A stretch of DNA of 64,000 nt from Bacillota bacterium (GTDB lineage: Bacteria; Bacillota; UBA4882; UBA10575). The position numbers and the translations under genes were made by a program. Positions 17,660 to 27,892 of the stretch are shown piece after piece (position 1 is the stretch's first letter; every line of letters starts with the position of its first letter). The notes beneath the pieces were generated by a model. That model saw nothing but the letters and a program-made list of their open reading frames with translations. It did no database searches and was not told where the DNA came from. The DNA is taken from NCBI GenBank assembly GCA_012735195.1, contig JAAYIC010000077.1:10471-74470 (forward strand), in the 5' to 3' direction.

Positions 17660-19336
17660 CTAGTGTCTACTGCTCAGTACCGCTTCAGCAATGTTGTTGC
17701 AGTGGTCGGCGATGCGCTCCAGGTTTTTCATCAGTTCCGTGAAGCAAACCGCGGATTTTGGATTGCAGATCCCATCATTCAGCCTCTCCATATGACTCTT
17801 CCGGCATTGCTCTTCCAATTTGTCCATATCTGCTTCCAATTCCAAAACACGTTCGGCGGCTTTAAAATCACTCTTCAACAAGGCCTGCAAGCTGTTGAAC
17901 AGCATTTCGCTGGTGTGGCGGAAGACATTCCCCAATTCCTCTTTGGCCTGCGAAGAGAAGTTGACCCCTTCCTCCTTACTGTATAATGCTTCTTCCGCTA
18001 TGTTGATACAGTGGTCACCGATACGCTCGATATCACTGGTAACATGGAGTAAATTGGTCAAAAGGTCGGATTGCCGGTCGGTTAAGGAGTTCCGGGAGAC
18101 AATCATTGAAAGATAATGGATGATTGCGTCCTGCAGTTCATCAAGGATCTCCTCGCCCTCTTGCACCGCTCCCATTTTTGCCTGCAGCTGATTGTGGCCG
18201 TTAAACATCTTCTCCGCCTCTTGAAAGATCCCCCAGGCGATCTCCCCCATCCTGCCAATCTCTTTACCGGCGAGATCCAGGGCCATCTCGGCATTGCCCA
18301 AAATGTGATCATCAAGGTACTTGACGCCTCTTTCCAAATATTTATCCTCTCCAGGGATGAATCTTGTGGCAATGCTGGCCAACAAGCCGGTGAACGGCAA
18401 CCACAAAAGGGCGTTAAGGACGTTAAAAAAAGTATGGGCGTTGGCGATCTGGCGTTTGATCACATGGACCTCAGTAATCCCCAAGGCCGGCTGCGGGCGG
18501 GGGGAAATTTGATAAACAAAGGCGACAAAAAGGGGGAAGACAAGAAGACAGACAACAGTTCCGAAGATATTAAAGAGGCTGTGGGAGAGGGCCGCGCGTT
18601 TGGCGGTCCGGTTGGAGCCGATACTGGCGAGGATCCCAGTGATGGTGGTGCCGATATTATCACCTAAAAGGACCGGCACGGCGGCGGTCAAAGGAATCAA
18701 TGCCCGGACCGTCTCACCGTCCATCACCGCTTGCGAGGCCAGGCTCTGTAAAACACCAATGGTGGCGCTGCTACTCTGGACGACCATGGTCATGACCGTA
18801 CCAATGAGCACCCCCAAAAAGCGGTTCTTCCCCAGTTGGGTCATCCAACGGATAAAGAGGGGATTATTCGCCAACGGTTTCAATACCTGCGACATGGTGT
18901 TCAGCCCGATGAAGAGGATTCCAAAGCCAAAAACCACCTGCCCCAAATATTTGAGTTGTTTTCGTCGTCCAAAAAAAAAGAGGATGAAGCCTGCTGCCGC
19001 AATAGGGTAAGCAATATCTCCGATTTTAAAAGCGATCAATTGTGCGGTTATGGTGGTGCCAATATTGGCGCCGATAATTATCCCGATAGCCTGGGTCAAT
19101 GTCATCAGACGGGCATTAACAAAGCCAATGGTCATAACCATAGTGGCGCTGCTGCTCTGGATGATGGCGGTGGCCAGGGCGCCGACCCCTATCCCCATCA
19201 AAGGGTTTCTGGTGACCGACGCCAGTATGCTTCGCATACGGTCGCCGGCGGTTTTTTTCAGCCCTTCACCCATCAGGTTCATTCCGTAAATAAAAAGGGC
19301 TAGTCCGCCGGCAACCCCGAATATTATCTCTCGCAT
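17660..19336 (-). CDS. Na/Pi cotransporter family protein with C-terminal PhoU-like repeats
   Basis: 558 aa. Duplicated QSSSAT membrane repeats (NptA type) and a helical C-terminal domain with two ...ERIGDH/ERIADH motifs. Confidence 0.85.
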   Translation of the reverse strand: MREIIFGVAGGLALFIYGMNLMGEGLKKTAGDRMRSILASVTRNPLMGIGVGALATAIIQSSSATMVMTIGFVNARLMTLTQAIGIIIGANIGTTITAQLIAFKIGDIAYPIAAAGFILFFFGRRKQLKYLGQVVFGFGILFIGLNTMSQVLKPLANNPLFIRWMTQLGKNRFLGVLIGTVMTMVVQSSSATIGVLQSLASQAVMDGETVRALIPLTAAVPVLLGDNIGTTITGILASIGSNRTAKRAALSHSLFNIFGTVVCLLVFPLFVAFVYQISPRPQPALGITEVHVIKRQIANAHTFFNVLNALLWLPFTGLLASIATRFIPGEDKYLERGVKYLDDHILGNAEMALDLAGKEIGRMGEIAWGIFQEAEKMFNGHNQLQAKMGAVQEGEEILDELQDAIIHYLSMIVSRNSLTDRQSDLLTNLLHVTSDIERIGDHCINIAEEALYSKEEGVNFSSQAKEELGNVFRHTSEMLFNSLQALLKSDFKAAERVLELEADMDKLEEQCRKSHMERLNDGICNPKSAVCFTELMKNLERIADHCNNIAEAVLSSRH

Positions 19337-19596
19337 TCTACCCCAACCCCTGCTGTGTTTTAACTTTTCTTACCTGTTCCCCGGGGATATGGACAAAATA
19401 TTCCTAGTTTCTTTTATTCGTTCCCGGGTCGGGGTAACCCTGCAAATGAGTGATTATAAAGAAAACGGCCACCTTTATAAGAAAAACAACAAAAATTAGA
19501 GAAAAAACAAGATTTTCACCTTATTGATTTTTATTTTTTAAAAAGATTTTAACTTGACATTAAATCGGATTTTACCACCGTTTCCCCGGTCATTTT

Positions 19597-21531
19597 TTAC
19601 ACCAATTCCGGCTGGGGCGCCCGTAACCCTATTCGCCGGCCGGGGCGGTTTTCTCCATACACTTCATGGAGATAACGGAGGAACCTTGGTGGTATCTGTT
19701 TGTAAAGGTGGTGGTACATCCCGGTAATCAACTGATCCGCTGCGGGCGCCTGCGTCCAAACCTCCTGCAGGCAACTGGTGCCAAGAAAAAGCTCCCGGCA
19801 ATAGTCTTTTAGAGAAACCGCTATTTCCTGTACGCTTGTACCCTCCTGTCCGGTCTTTTCCCGTAACGCCAAAAGAGCTAGCCCGGCGTTTTCCTGGTGT
19901 TTCCTGACCCGGTCCAGACGGTTCTTTTGTTCCGCATTCAGCCAGCCCAAATTCTCCAGGGTTCTCTGTAAGTATTCACACCGGTACTCCAGGAATAAAC
20001 GGGCTATTTCCGCCAAACCCTGGATGACCTCATCCCATTCCTCGGCAGTCAACTTCCAATCACCACGGGGCCGGAGGTTTTCCCGGCCGGAAAGTTCCTG
20101 GCAGATCATGTACAAGGCAGCCACCGGCCTTTTTTGCCGCGCCTCGTCCGGGCGCCACCCCCAGTTACAGGCCCTCTTCATCAACCGGCCCAGCAGCCGG
20201 TAACGCAGATCCGGCGCCAGCCGGGTGGGGTGGTACTCCACATCCCGCAACTCCCCGGCGGAAGCAGGCAACGTCAGGTCAAAACCGGCCTGGTCCATGA
20301 GGAAGTTGGTTACCAAGGAAAAATAGCGTCCCGGTTCCCAGAAGGCCAACGGCCAGTCCCGAAGGTAATCCTGGACCACGTCAACCCCGCCCACCTCCCC
20401 GCTGCCCAAAGGCGGGTAATGGCCGTCGGTCCGCAACACCGGCCGGATCTCCGGCGCCCAACTGATCTGGTCGAATTCTACAAAATAGAGGGTTTCTGCC
20501 CGTTTGCCGAGATATCCTTCGCGCTCCAGGTATTCCTGGGGTGTGGTAAAGAGGATCTTCCCTTTTTCTTCCCGGATAACCCGTTGCCACGCCTCCTCCA
20601 TGATCTTAAACGCCGCATCGCCGAAGTCCATCAACTCCAAATCTTGAATATAAAGGAGAAGGCCTTTGTCGGGAGCCCTGTCCAGCTGGTCGAGGAGGAT
20701 ACGGGCGTATTCGGCCACCCCTTCCTCATGGGAAACGGGGAAACTTACCCGGGCTTCTCCGCGGTACTCTTCAGGGAAAACCGGGTAATCGCCCAGGAGA
20801 TACCCTTGCGCCCGTAGCGGTTTGGGGTGCATCCGGGTCACCGGACGCCAAATCTCCTGAGAAATCGGGAAGTTCCTGGGCAAGCCCAGCAAGCCCCTGC
20901 CGGAAGGCGTCTCCCCGTTCCCAAGTCGGAACGGCCGGTAAACAACTTCGTCCGGACGGGACCCCGCCTCCTCCTGCCGGGGAGTCAATACCCGGTAACG
21001 GCATTTGTCCGGGTGGAGATGGGGAAAGACCAAATATTTAAGGCCAAAACTCCGGTAAGCCTCCAGTTTATGACTGTCCAGCGACCCTTCGGTGGGAAAG
21101 GCTCCTAAAACCGCCGGGAGCGCCACCCCCATCTCTTCCCGGTAAAACTCGGCGTTCAAACGGAGTTCATCATAGATCTCCTCTTCAGTCAAGAGTGTGA
21201 TATGCGTGTGGTGGGCATGGCCCAGGATTGGATGGAGCGCCCCTTCGCGAAAGGCCGCCTTTAACTTGGAAAAAGTTTCGGGCGTAATCTGTTCCAACTG
21301 AAAAAGCAGTTCATTGCTGGCCTCCAAGCAAAGGGGGGTGTTCAACCTCCGGCCCATTTCCAAAAAGTCCAGGTAAAGATCGCGCCCTTCTTCTTTTCGC
21401 CGGCGCAAATAGTTTTCAGCGGTCACTCCGGACCGGATCTCTTCCCGGTCGGCCAACGCCTGTAACTGGCCGGGAAAATCCCATAATGGTTCGTGGGCGT
21501 GAAAACACAAGATCACATATACCTGCTTCAT
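19597..21531 (-). CDS. Divergent GH57-like (glycoside hydrolase/deacetylase fold) protein
   Basis: 644 aa. N-terminal VILCFHAHEPLW resembles the GH57 HxHQP block. Translationally coupled (ATGA-type overlap) to the upstream GH57 gene. Function not assignable by eye. Confidence 0.45.
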   Translation of the reverse strand: MKQVYVILCFHAHEPLWDFPGQLQALADREEIRSGVTAENYLRRRKEEGRDLYLDFLEMGRRLNTPLCLEASNELLFQLEQITPETFSKLKAAFREGALHPILGHAHHTHITLLTEEEIYDELRLNAEFYREEMGVALPAVLGAFPTEGSLDSHKLEAYRSFGLKYLVFPHLHPDKCRYRVLTPRQEEAGSRPDEVVYRPFRLGNGETPSGRGLLGLPRNFPISQEIWRPVTRMHPKPLRAQGYLLGDYPVFPEEYRGEARVSFPVSHEEGVAEYARILLDQLDRAPDKGLLLYIQDLELMDFGDAAFKIMEEAWQRVIREEKGKILFTTPQEYLEREGYLGKRAETLYFVEFDQISWAPEIRPVLRTDGHYPPLGSGEVGGVDVVQDYLRDWPLAFWEPGRYFSLVTNFLMDQAGFDLTLPASAGELRDVEYHPTRLAPDLRYRLLGRLMKRACNWGWRPDEARQKRPVAALYMICQELSGRENLRPRGDWKLTAEEWDEVIQGLAEIARLFLEYRCEYLQRTLENLGWLNAEQKNRLDRVRKHQENAGLALLALREKTGQEGTSVQEIAVSLKDYCRELFLGTSCLQEVWTQAPAADQLITGMYHHLYKQIPPRFLRYLHEVYGENRPGRRIGLRAPQPELV

Positions 21532-22751
21532 AAGGTCTTTGCGCCTCCAAAAGTCAACTCGTGAGCCACATCTTCATGGGTCCGCTGGTACTCCCGGATC
21601 AACCTCTCGGCATAGCCGCTCTCCCGCCACTGGCGCGCAGTCTCCCCAATCTCCGCCGCCAGCGCTTCCGCTTCTGCGATCTTTTCCGCACTGCCTGCAC
21701 TCTTAATCGCCTCCAGCAGTTGACCGGCGCCTTTCTCAATCATCTCCACATTAAAATACTGCCGGCAACTGGCCCACCAATACTGGCAACTATGCAGGCC
21801 GCGGTCCAGATGGGACCGGGCCGGTTCTTCCTCTCCCGCTTCCTCCACAGCCTCCAGAGCCAGGTTGGTCAGGCGCCACTGCAGCTCATGGAGTTGGTTG
21901 CCGGGAAACTCCCACTGGGGATAAGGGATCCCTGCTTCCAACTCATCCTCCCAGGTGCTCCAGGAAGCGGCAACAGTCTCCACTTCCTCCCGGGCAGGGA
22001 AGAACTCCGGCAACTCCGAAATGGTACAGGTTCTAATCTCCGGGTGCCGGAAGGCTTCGGCCAAAAGGTTTTCCAACCCTTGATGATGATGGCCGTAGAT
22101 CTCCCCGTCGGTACCGGTTAAGAGGTAAGTCTCCCGCCGGTGGTATCCGGGATCGAGATCCGCCAGGAATTCCTCGAGGTTCCGGTATTTGCCGTAGGTA
22201 AGGGCTGCACTGTATTTTCGCTCCTTGAAAAAGATCCCAAACTCATCCAGCCCCTTCACCGAATAAACCCGGCCGGGAGCGATCCGGGCCAGGCGCCCGT
22301 TGTAGCTGAGTTCATCCGCGATAATCCAGGAAAACCCCTCTTCTTTAACGATCTCCGCCAGCCGCCGATTATAGCACATTTCCGGCGGGAAAAACCCGCG
22401 GGGCTGAAAGGCTTCGCCCAGGTACTCCCTGTTGGCTTCCTGGTTGAGCCGGATCTGCCGGCGGACCTCCTTTTCAGGGATCAGAGGCAAAATCGGGTGG
22501 TACATGGCGCTGCCGGTAAATTCGATCCTGCCCTCCTCCGCCAGTTCCCGCAGGCCGTCAAGGATATCGTTCATACCGTAATGGTGGAACTGCTCTGTCA
22601 GGCTGCCGTTGATATTCAAGGTCAACCGGCCGCCGGGGTTTTCCCGTAAAATTTTCACCAGTTGGCGGTAGCATTCGTCCGCCACTTTTTCCACGATCCA
22701 CCGCTCCTGGACCGGAGGCTGATAAAGATGGAGAAAATTGGCCCAGTACAT
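21528..22751 (-). CDS. Glycoside hydrolase family 57 protein
   Basis: 407 aa. FLHLYQPP, GFFPPEMCY and TGTDGEIYGHH resemble conserved GH57 regions containing the catalytic Glu/Asp. Confidence 0.7.
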   Translation of the reverse strand: MYWANFLHLYQPPVQERWIVEKVADECYRQLVKILRENPGGRLTLNINGSLTEQFHHYGMNDILDGLRELAEEGRIEFTGSAMYHPILPLIPEKEVRRQIRLNQEANREYLGEAFQPRGFFPPEMCYNRRLAEIVKEEGFSWIIADELSYNGRLARIAPGRVYSVKGLDEFGIFFKERKYSAALTYGKYRNLEEFLADLDPGYHRRETYLLTGTDGEIYGHHHQGLENLLAEAFRHPEIRTCTISELPEFFPAREEVETVAASWSTWEDELEAGIPYPQWEFPGNQLHELQWRLTNLALEAVEEAGEEEPARSHLDRGLHSCQYWWASCRQYFNVEMIEKGAGQLLEAIKSAGSAEKIAEAEALAAEIGETARQWRESGYAERLIREYQRTHEDVAHELTFGGAKTL

Positions 22752-23154
22752 TATCTCGCCCTTCCCTATAGATTAGTTGTCCGTACGTTAAGACTTCTGG
22801 TTTAGTATTTACCGGTTTACCGGTTCGGATAAGAAAAATATTGCGAAAAATTTGGGTTCTCAGTTAAGCCGGACCGGTACGATTTTTTCCTTTAAGACAC
22901 AGATATTCATTCTCATTTAAATTTTGCTTAAAAGTACCCGCAAATCTTCGCAACCACCTTTGAAAAACCTAAATATAATGGTATATTAAGAGGTAGTATT
23001 ATTATTTAAGAATGGTAAATTTTGGGAAGATTGACTGTTTTATTCTTCTATTTGACCTACACCATTTCACAACCCCAGAAAACTAGTCCTATAACAATCT
23101 GCAGTACTCTGCGGAAGATCACAACAGCAAAGTAAATGTTAAAGGAGAAGAAGA

Positions 23155-23850
23155 ATGTTTAGGGCTTTGAAAGAAGCATTTACCGAAACATCCCAAGCGA
23201 TCTTACCTGTTTCCCTGCTCATAATTATTTTACAGTTATTGCTTGGCGGGATACCTCTCATCTCGACCTTGCAATTTATTATCGGTATGATTATGGTCAT
23301 AGCCGGTCTCTTTCTCTTTTTGACCGGCGTTAAAGTCGCCCTTTTACCCATGGGGGAAATGGTGGGCGCGCAGCTACCCAAGTTGAGGTCGCTGATCCTG
23401 GTTCTTATTTTCGCTTTTGTCTTGGGATTCGCCGTCACTGTCGCCGAACCGCACGTGCAGGTTTTGGGTTACCAAGTGGATATGGTCTCCGGTGGCCAGA
23501 TCAACCCGCTTTTTCTCGTCCTTATGGTAGCAATTGGTGTTGGTTTTTTTATTGCCCTGGCCATGCTCCGCTTGGTACTTGGTTTTTCCTACAAAACATT
23601 ACTGGCCATTAGTTATCTTTTGATCCTGATTCTTTCATTCATCGCCCCTCCGGCATATGTGCCCATAGCTTTTGACTCCGGCGGAATCATTACCGGACCC
23701 CTGTTAGTCCCATTTATCCTGGCTTTGGGCATTGGGACCGTCTCCGTGCTCGGTGGCCGTTCCTCCCTGGCCAACAGCTTCGGGTTGCTAGGTCTGGCCG
23801 CCGCCGGGCCGGTCATTGCCCTCATGCTAATGGGGGTGTTTGCGGGATGA
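23155..23850 (+). CDS. DUF1538 family membrane protein
   Basis: 231 aa, polytopic. First of two paralogous overlapping genes; FDSGGIITGP block. Confidence 0.6.
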   Translation: MFRALKEAFTETSQAILPVSLLIIILQLLLGGIPLISTLQFIIGMIMVIAGLFLFLTGVKVALLPMGEMVGAQLPKLRSLILVLIFAFVLGFAVTVAEPHVQVLGYQVDMVSGGQINPLFLVLMVAIGVGFFIALAMLRLVLGFSYKTLLAISYLLILILSFIAPPAYVPIAFDSGGIITGPLLVPFILALGIGTVSVLGGRSSLANSFGLLGLAAAGPVIALMLMGVFAG

Positions 23851-24590
23851 ACGAACTGGTTGTTTTCGAAGGTTTTGGCCGGGTTTTGCTTGAGGTTCTC
23901 CAAGCCCTTCTTCCCCTTTTGGTTTCTTTCTTTATTTTCCAAATCTTTTTCCTGAAACTGCCTGCCAGTTATATTAAGAATATTCTCAAAGGGGTTATCC
24001 TGGTTTTAACCGGGGCCGCCCTCTTTCTCCAAGGCGTACAAATTGGATTTTTACCCGCGGGGCAGGAGATTGGAGCGGTGCTTGGCGGTTCACCCTACCG
24101 CTGGCTGCTGATCCCCGCCGGTTTCTTGCTGGGCTTTACCACCATCATGGCGGAGCCGACCGTAAGGGTCCACAGTATTGAGGTGGAGAAGGCTTCGAGC
24201 GGCTATATTAAAAAGAACGTCATTATTTATACCATCGCTGCCGGTGTCTCGATAATTGTCGCCCTGGCCATGACGCGGATTGTTTATGGAATACCCCTTC
24301 AGTACCTGATTGTCCCCGGTTATCTCCTGGCGTTAGTGCTAATGAAATATACCGATCCTGCTTTTGTCGCGATCGCTTTTGATTCGGGAGCAGTGGCGAC
24401 AGGGCCGATGACGGTCACCTTCGTAACGGCCATGTCGGTAGGTACCGCCACCGCTATGGAGGGAAGATCCGCGATCTTGGACGGTTTTGGCCTTGTTTCC
24501 TTAGTCTTTTTAGCCCCGATTCTCTCGGTTATGCTGTTGGGGTTGGCTTACCGCAGGAAGGGAAAAAAGGAGGATAAAAATGGATACTAA
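23847..24590 (+). CDS. DUF1538 family membrane protein (paralogue)
   Basis: 247 aa. FDSGAVATGPMTVTF block parallels the upstream gene. 4-nt overlap. Confidence 0.6.
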   Translation: MNELVVFEGFGRVLLEVLQALLPLLVSFFIFQIFFLKLPASYIKNILKGVILVLTGAALFLQGVQIGFLPAGQEIGAVLGGSPYRWLLIPAGFLLGFTTIMAEPTVRVHSIEVEKASSGYIKKNVIIYTIAAGVSIIVALAMTRIVYGIPLQYLIVPGYLLALVLMKYTDPAFVAIAFDSGAVATGPMTVTFVTAMSVGTATAMEGRSAILDGFGLVSLVFLAPILSVMLLGLAYRRKGKKEDKNGY

Positions 24591-24921
24591 ATACCAACTG
24601 ATTGTCACCATTATTGATAAAGGCCGATCCGAAGAGATCATCAAAGCCTCCCGCGCTACCGGCGCAGAAGGGGGTACAGTTATTTACGGTCGCGGCATCG
24701 GCATCCACGAACGACAGATGTTTTTGGGCATCCCCATTGAACCCGAAAAGGAACTTATCTTAACAGTCATTCCCAGCCATCTGACGGAAAAGGTGCTGAC
24801 CGCCATAGTCGAGGCGGGCGACCTGAACAAACCCGGTTCCGGAATCGCCTTTGTCCTGGATGTGGTGCAAGTAGCAGGCATCGCTCACTTGCTGCAAAAA
24901 ACCGATAAAGAGCAGAATTAG
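24580..24921 (+). CDS. P-II-like signal transduction protein
   Basis: 113 aa with beta-alpha-beta pattern: LIVTIIDKGRSEEIIKASRATGAEGGTVIYGRG...ELILTVI. Overlaps the DUF1538 gene by 11 nt. Confidence 0.6.
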   Translation: MDTKYQLIVTIIDKGRSEEIIKASRATGAEGGTVIYGRGIGIHERQMFLGIPIEPEKELILTVIPSHLTEKVLTAIVEAGDLNKPGSGIAFVLDVVQVAGIAHLLQKTDKEQN

Positions 24922-24935
24922 AAAACCCGGTGGTC

Positions 24936-25835
24936 TTAAACCAACCGGGTCAGCAATTCGTCCCGTTCCCCGTAAAGAAAATCGATGACCGGGATCTCAA
25001 GCATAGTGTAACACCCGGGTTTCTGGCGGAGCCCGGCCCTGGCGGCGGCGACCATGATCTGTGCGGTCAAAGCCGGGTTATTCACCCGCATCTCGTAACG
25101 GAAGCGCTGATTATGGGTCTCTCCGGAAACCCCTTTTCTTTCCATCATCACCCCGTGTCCCGTATCGATTAGCTTCTCAACCCGGTTCACCGGGATAACC
25201 CTGGTTTCGTCTTGTCGGAAATAGGGATCCGCCTTAATCGCCTCCGCCACCCGCTGGAACTCTGCCTCCTCCTCCAATTCGACATAAACCATTCGCCGGT
25301 GGATGCCCGCACCAGCCGGTATCGTCATGGCAAGGGCATTTTTTACCCCGGGTATCGCTTTGGCCGCCACCGTATGTCCCATCGACATCCCCGGTCCGAA
25401 ATTGGTATAAGTAAGGCCACAAGGAGCCATAAACTCAAAGATCCCCCGGATCATGGAGTCCGTTCCCGGATCCCAGCCGGCGGAGATCACGGAAACACAA
25501 TTGTGCTCCCGGGCCACCGGGTCCAACTCTTTCTTCAGGCGAACCAATTCCCCATGGATATCGTAGCTGTCCACCGTATTTATTCCGGCGGCGAGGATTT
25601 CCCGGGCGTACTCCGGGACCACCCGGCTGGGCACGCAAAGCAAAGCCACATCGACTTTTCCCAGTTCGCTGATGGAACCTGCTACGGGATAATCTTGCAA
25701 TTCCGCCGGGGTCTTGTCTAAGGAAGCGGTCCTCCTTACCACCCCGGCGAGAACGAAATCAGCCGCCGCCTCCACCGCCTCCAGGGCAAAACGGCCGATA
25801 TTTCCATAACCGACAATCGCGATCCTATGTTTCAA
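24936..25835 (-). CDS. ddh: meso-Diaminopimelate D-dehydrogenase
   Basis: 299 aa. [11 protein letters not shown] Rossmann start, SAGWDPG and [10 protein letters not shown] blocks typical of Ddh. Confidence 0.8.
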   Translation of the reverse strand: MKHRIAIVGYGNIGRFALEAVEAAADFVLAGVVRRTASLDKTPAELQDYPVAGSISELGKVDVALLCVPSRVVPEYAREILAAGINTVDSYDIHGELVRLKKELDPVAREHNCVSVISAGWDPGTDSMIRGIFEFMAPCGLTYTNFGPGMSMGHTVAAKAIPGVKNALAMTIPAGAGIHRRMVYVELEEEAEFQRVAEAIKADPYFRQDETRVIPVNRVEKLIDTGHGVMMERKGVSGETHNQRFRYEMRVNNPALTAQIMVAAARAGLRQKPGCYTMLEIPVIDFLYGERDELLTRLV

Positions 25836-25889
25836 CAGGTACTCCCCCTCACAAAGATCATAACGGCTTCAACTCCACTACCGCATTTT

Positions 25890-25919
25890 ATTATACCATT
25901 TGCCGCCCGGCCCGGACAA
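25890..25919 (-). promoter_or_regulatory. Candidate sigma-A promoter of ddh (extended -10)
   Basis: Minus strand: TTGTCC-N18-TATAAT, with TG two nt upstream of the -10. Confidence 0.4.
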
Positions 25920-26198
25920 CAACTTCCCGGGACAGAACCCTTCCCCCATCTAGTTGGCAATTACGGAACATAACAACGACTCTTTCAAACCATTACCGGC
26001 TTTTGGAGAGAAGAAACCGGCCGGTTGTTGAAAAATTACTCATGCCGTCGCCGGTATTTACCGATATTATATTATGAAACCAAAAAATATAGCTGAGCTT
26101 AATTATGCTTATATGCTTATATACTTATTTGTACTGTGGCAGCCAACAAAACCTGGCAGAAGCCGCAAGAAACGCAGATTACAACTGGGGGGTAAAAA

Positions 26199-27848
26199 AT
26201 GAAGAGCTCCACTCGGCGTTTGGAAAAATACTGCTTTTTGTTAATACTTTTCGGTTGCTTTCTGGCCGTAACGGGCGGACGCATTACCGCTAGGGAACCG
26301 GTTTTGCCCGCTGATTTAAACTATGTTGATGTTGAACTCCAAGACATATTCCGGGATTTGGCCGAAACCGGCGGGTTCCGGGTGCTTTTTGCCCACCCGT
26401 TCCAGAAACGGGCGACCATGATTATTGCTTCCGGGTTACCCATAAAAAAAACTATTGCAGATATAGCCGCCAACCACGGGCTAAACTTAAAATGGATGGA
26501 TACAGGCACCGCCGTGATTGGCAGCAATGACTCCCTGGCTGTGGCAAACACCTCCGACAGCAACCTGCATGTCCTCTCCTTACACTCCGTTTCCCCGGTG
26601 ATGATGGCAGAGGTTTTGGAGACAGTGCTTCCCAGCCATAAGATCCGGTATGATTTTAAAGGCAATAATATTGCTGTCATGGCCAGTCCGCTGGAGATGG
26701 AGAATATAAAAGAATTAGTTAATAGATGGGATATGGAAAAGCCCATCATCTCAGTGGCGGTTGAGGTGGTCGAAGTAACCCTGGATTTCCTGCGGGAGTT
26801 GGGCATAAAGAACCCGGCTTCTCTACAGATGAAGATTTACCCGATACCGGAGAGGCTGGCGGCAACTGTTGCACAGGACACAGGGAAGAACTCCTTGGTC
26901 AGTTATGAAGTAATAAACCTGAATAACAATGAAGAGAGGCTATTCTTCGGCGACCGGATACCGGAGGTCCCGGAAGAAGAGATGGCCACGGCCGCCGGTA
27001 ACCAAGCCGGTTATGTGGATGTGGGGACCACCGTTGATTACCGGTTTGAAGTTATCCGCCGCCAAAAGGACGAGTTGCTCCTGGAACTCCGGGCCAGGGT
27101 GGAGATGGTTACCGGCTCCGATCTTGAGCCCGGGCAGAGGGAACTATGGGCGACAGTCGGCTTGCTCCCGGGTCAAACTGCCATGCTAACGGGTGCTCTC
27201 AAACGCAGCGAGTACCTGCAGATGAAGGCGTCCTCCTATGAATTGCCCTTTTTAAGTTCTCTCTTCGCCGCGGCCGGCGCCGGCAATGATCTTCCTGTGG
27301 AGGAGACGGCCACTGTGATCTTCCTGACCCCGTCTTTTCAGGAAAAAGCGGAAAAAACGGCAGACCGGCAAGGTTCACGTCAGACGGAACCGGAACCTGA
27401 ACTCCTAAAACCTGCAATATCACTAGTACCGGAAGTACCTGAAATACCTGCGGTACCCGAAGTGCCGGAAATGCCGGAAAGCACCGGAACGGAACAGGAA
27501 GATACACCCAAAACAACTACCACTGATATCCCGTATATCATAAAAAAATCTGAGACATTATACGGGATCGCCAGAAAGTTCGGGGTCAGCGCGCAACAGC
27601 TCATCGCAGCCAATCGCCTGAAAAACCCCGGGAAAATAAAAACCGGCGCCACACTGATCATTCCTGTTCCCAACGAATTCATCTATACGGTAAAGACCGA
27701 CGAGACCCTTTGGCGCCTGGCGAGAAGATACGGGACAACGGTGGCGGTCTTAAAAGACCTGAACAGTCTTGCCGGCGATGAAATAAAAGTCGGGCAGAAA
27801 CTGGTCCTACCCGTCCCTGCAGCCAACATCGTCAATCCACAGTTTTAA
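26199..27848 (+). CDS. Secretin-like protein with Pro/Glu linker and two C-terminal LysM domains
   Basis: Signal peptide. N0/N1-like modules (VELQDIFRDLAETGGFRV...; LHVLSLHSVSPVMMAEVLETVL). Secretin-type core starts ISVAVEVVEVTLDFLRELG and ends ELPFLSSLF...VIFLTPSF. VPEVPEIPAVPEVPEMPE linker (9-nt DNA repeats at 27426-27479). Two LysM domains: YIIKKSETLYGIARKFGV... and YTVKTDETLWRLARRYGT... Confidence 0.65.
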   Translation: MKSSTRRLEKYCFLLILFGCFLAVTGGRITAREPVLPADLNYVDVELQDIFRDLAETGGFRVLFAHPFQKRATMIIASGLPIKKTIADIAANHGLNLKWMDTGTAVIGSNDSLAVANTSDSNLHVLSLHSVSPVMMAEVLETVLPSHKIRYDFKGNNIAVMASPLEMENIKELVNRWDMEKPIISVAVEVVEVTLDFLRELGIKNPASLQMKIYPIPERLAATVAQDTGKNSLVSYEVINLNNNEERLFFGDRIPEVPEEEMATAAGNQAGYVDVGTTVDYRFEVIRRQKDELLLELRARVEMVTGSDLEPGQRELWATVGLLPGQTAMLTGALKRSEYLQMKASSYELPFLSSLFAAAGAGNDLPVEETATVIFLTPSFQEKAEKTADRQGSRQTEPEPELLKPAISLVPEVPEIPAVPEVPEMPESTGTEQEDTPKTTTTDIPYIIKKSETLYGIARKFGVSAQQLIAANRLKNPGKIKTGATLIIPVPNEFIYTVKTDETLWRLARRYGTTVAVLKDLNSLAGDEIKVGQKLVLPVPAANIVNPQF

Positions 27849-27892
27849 GCCTAATGCCAAACAGGCAAATAACCGAAACAGTATGTTCCAAA

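Noticed and set aside
25836-26198. Lysine (L-box) riboswitch upstream of ddh
   Set aside because: The context is plausible because this is the DAP/lysine pathway. However, I could not find the conserved L-box elements (for example the AGAGGNGC start or the GUCGCC...GAAG junction) on the minus strand. Only a promoter-like TTGTCC-N18-TGnTATAAT was seen.
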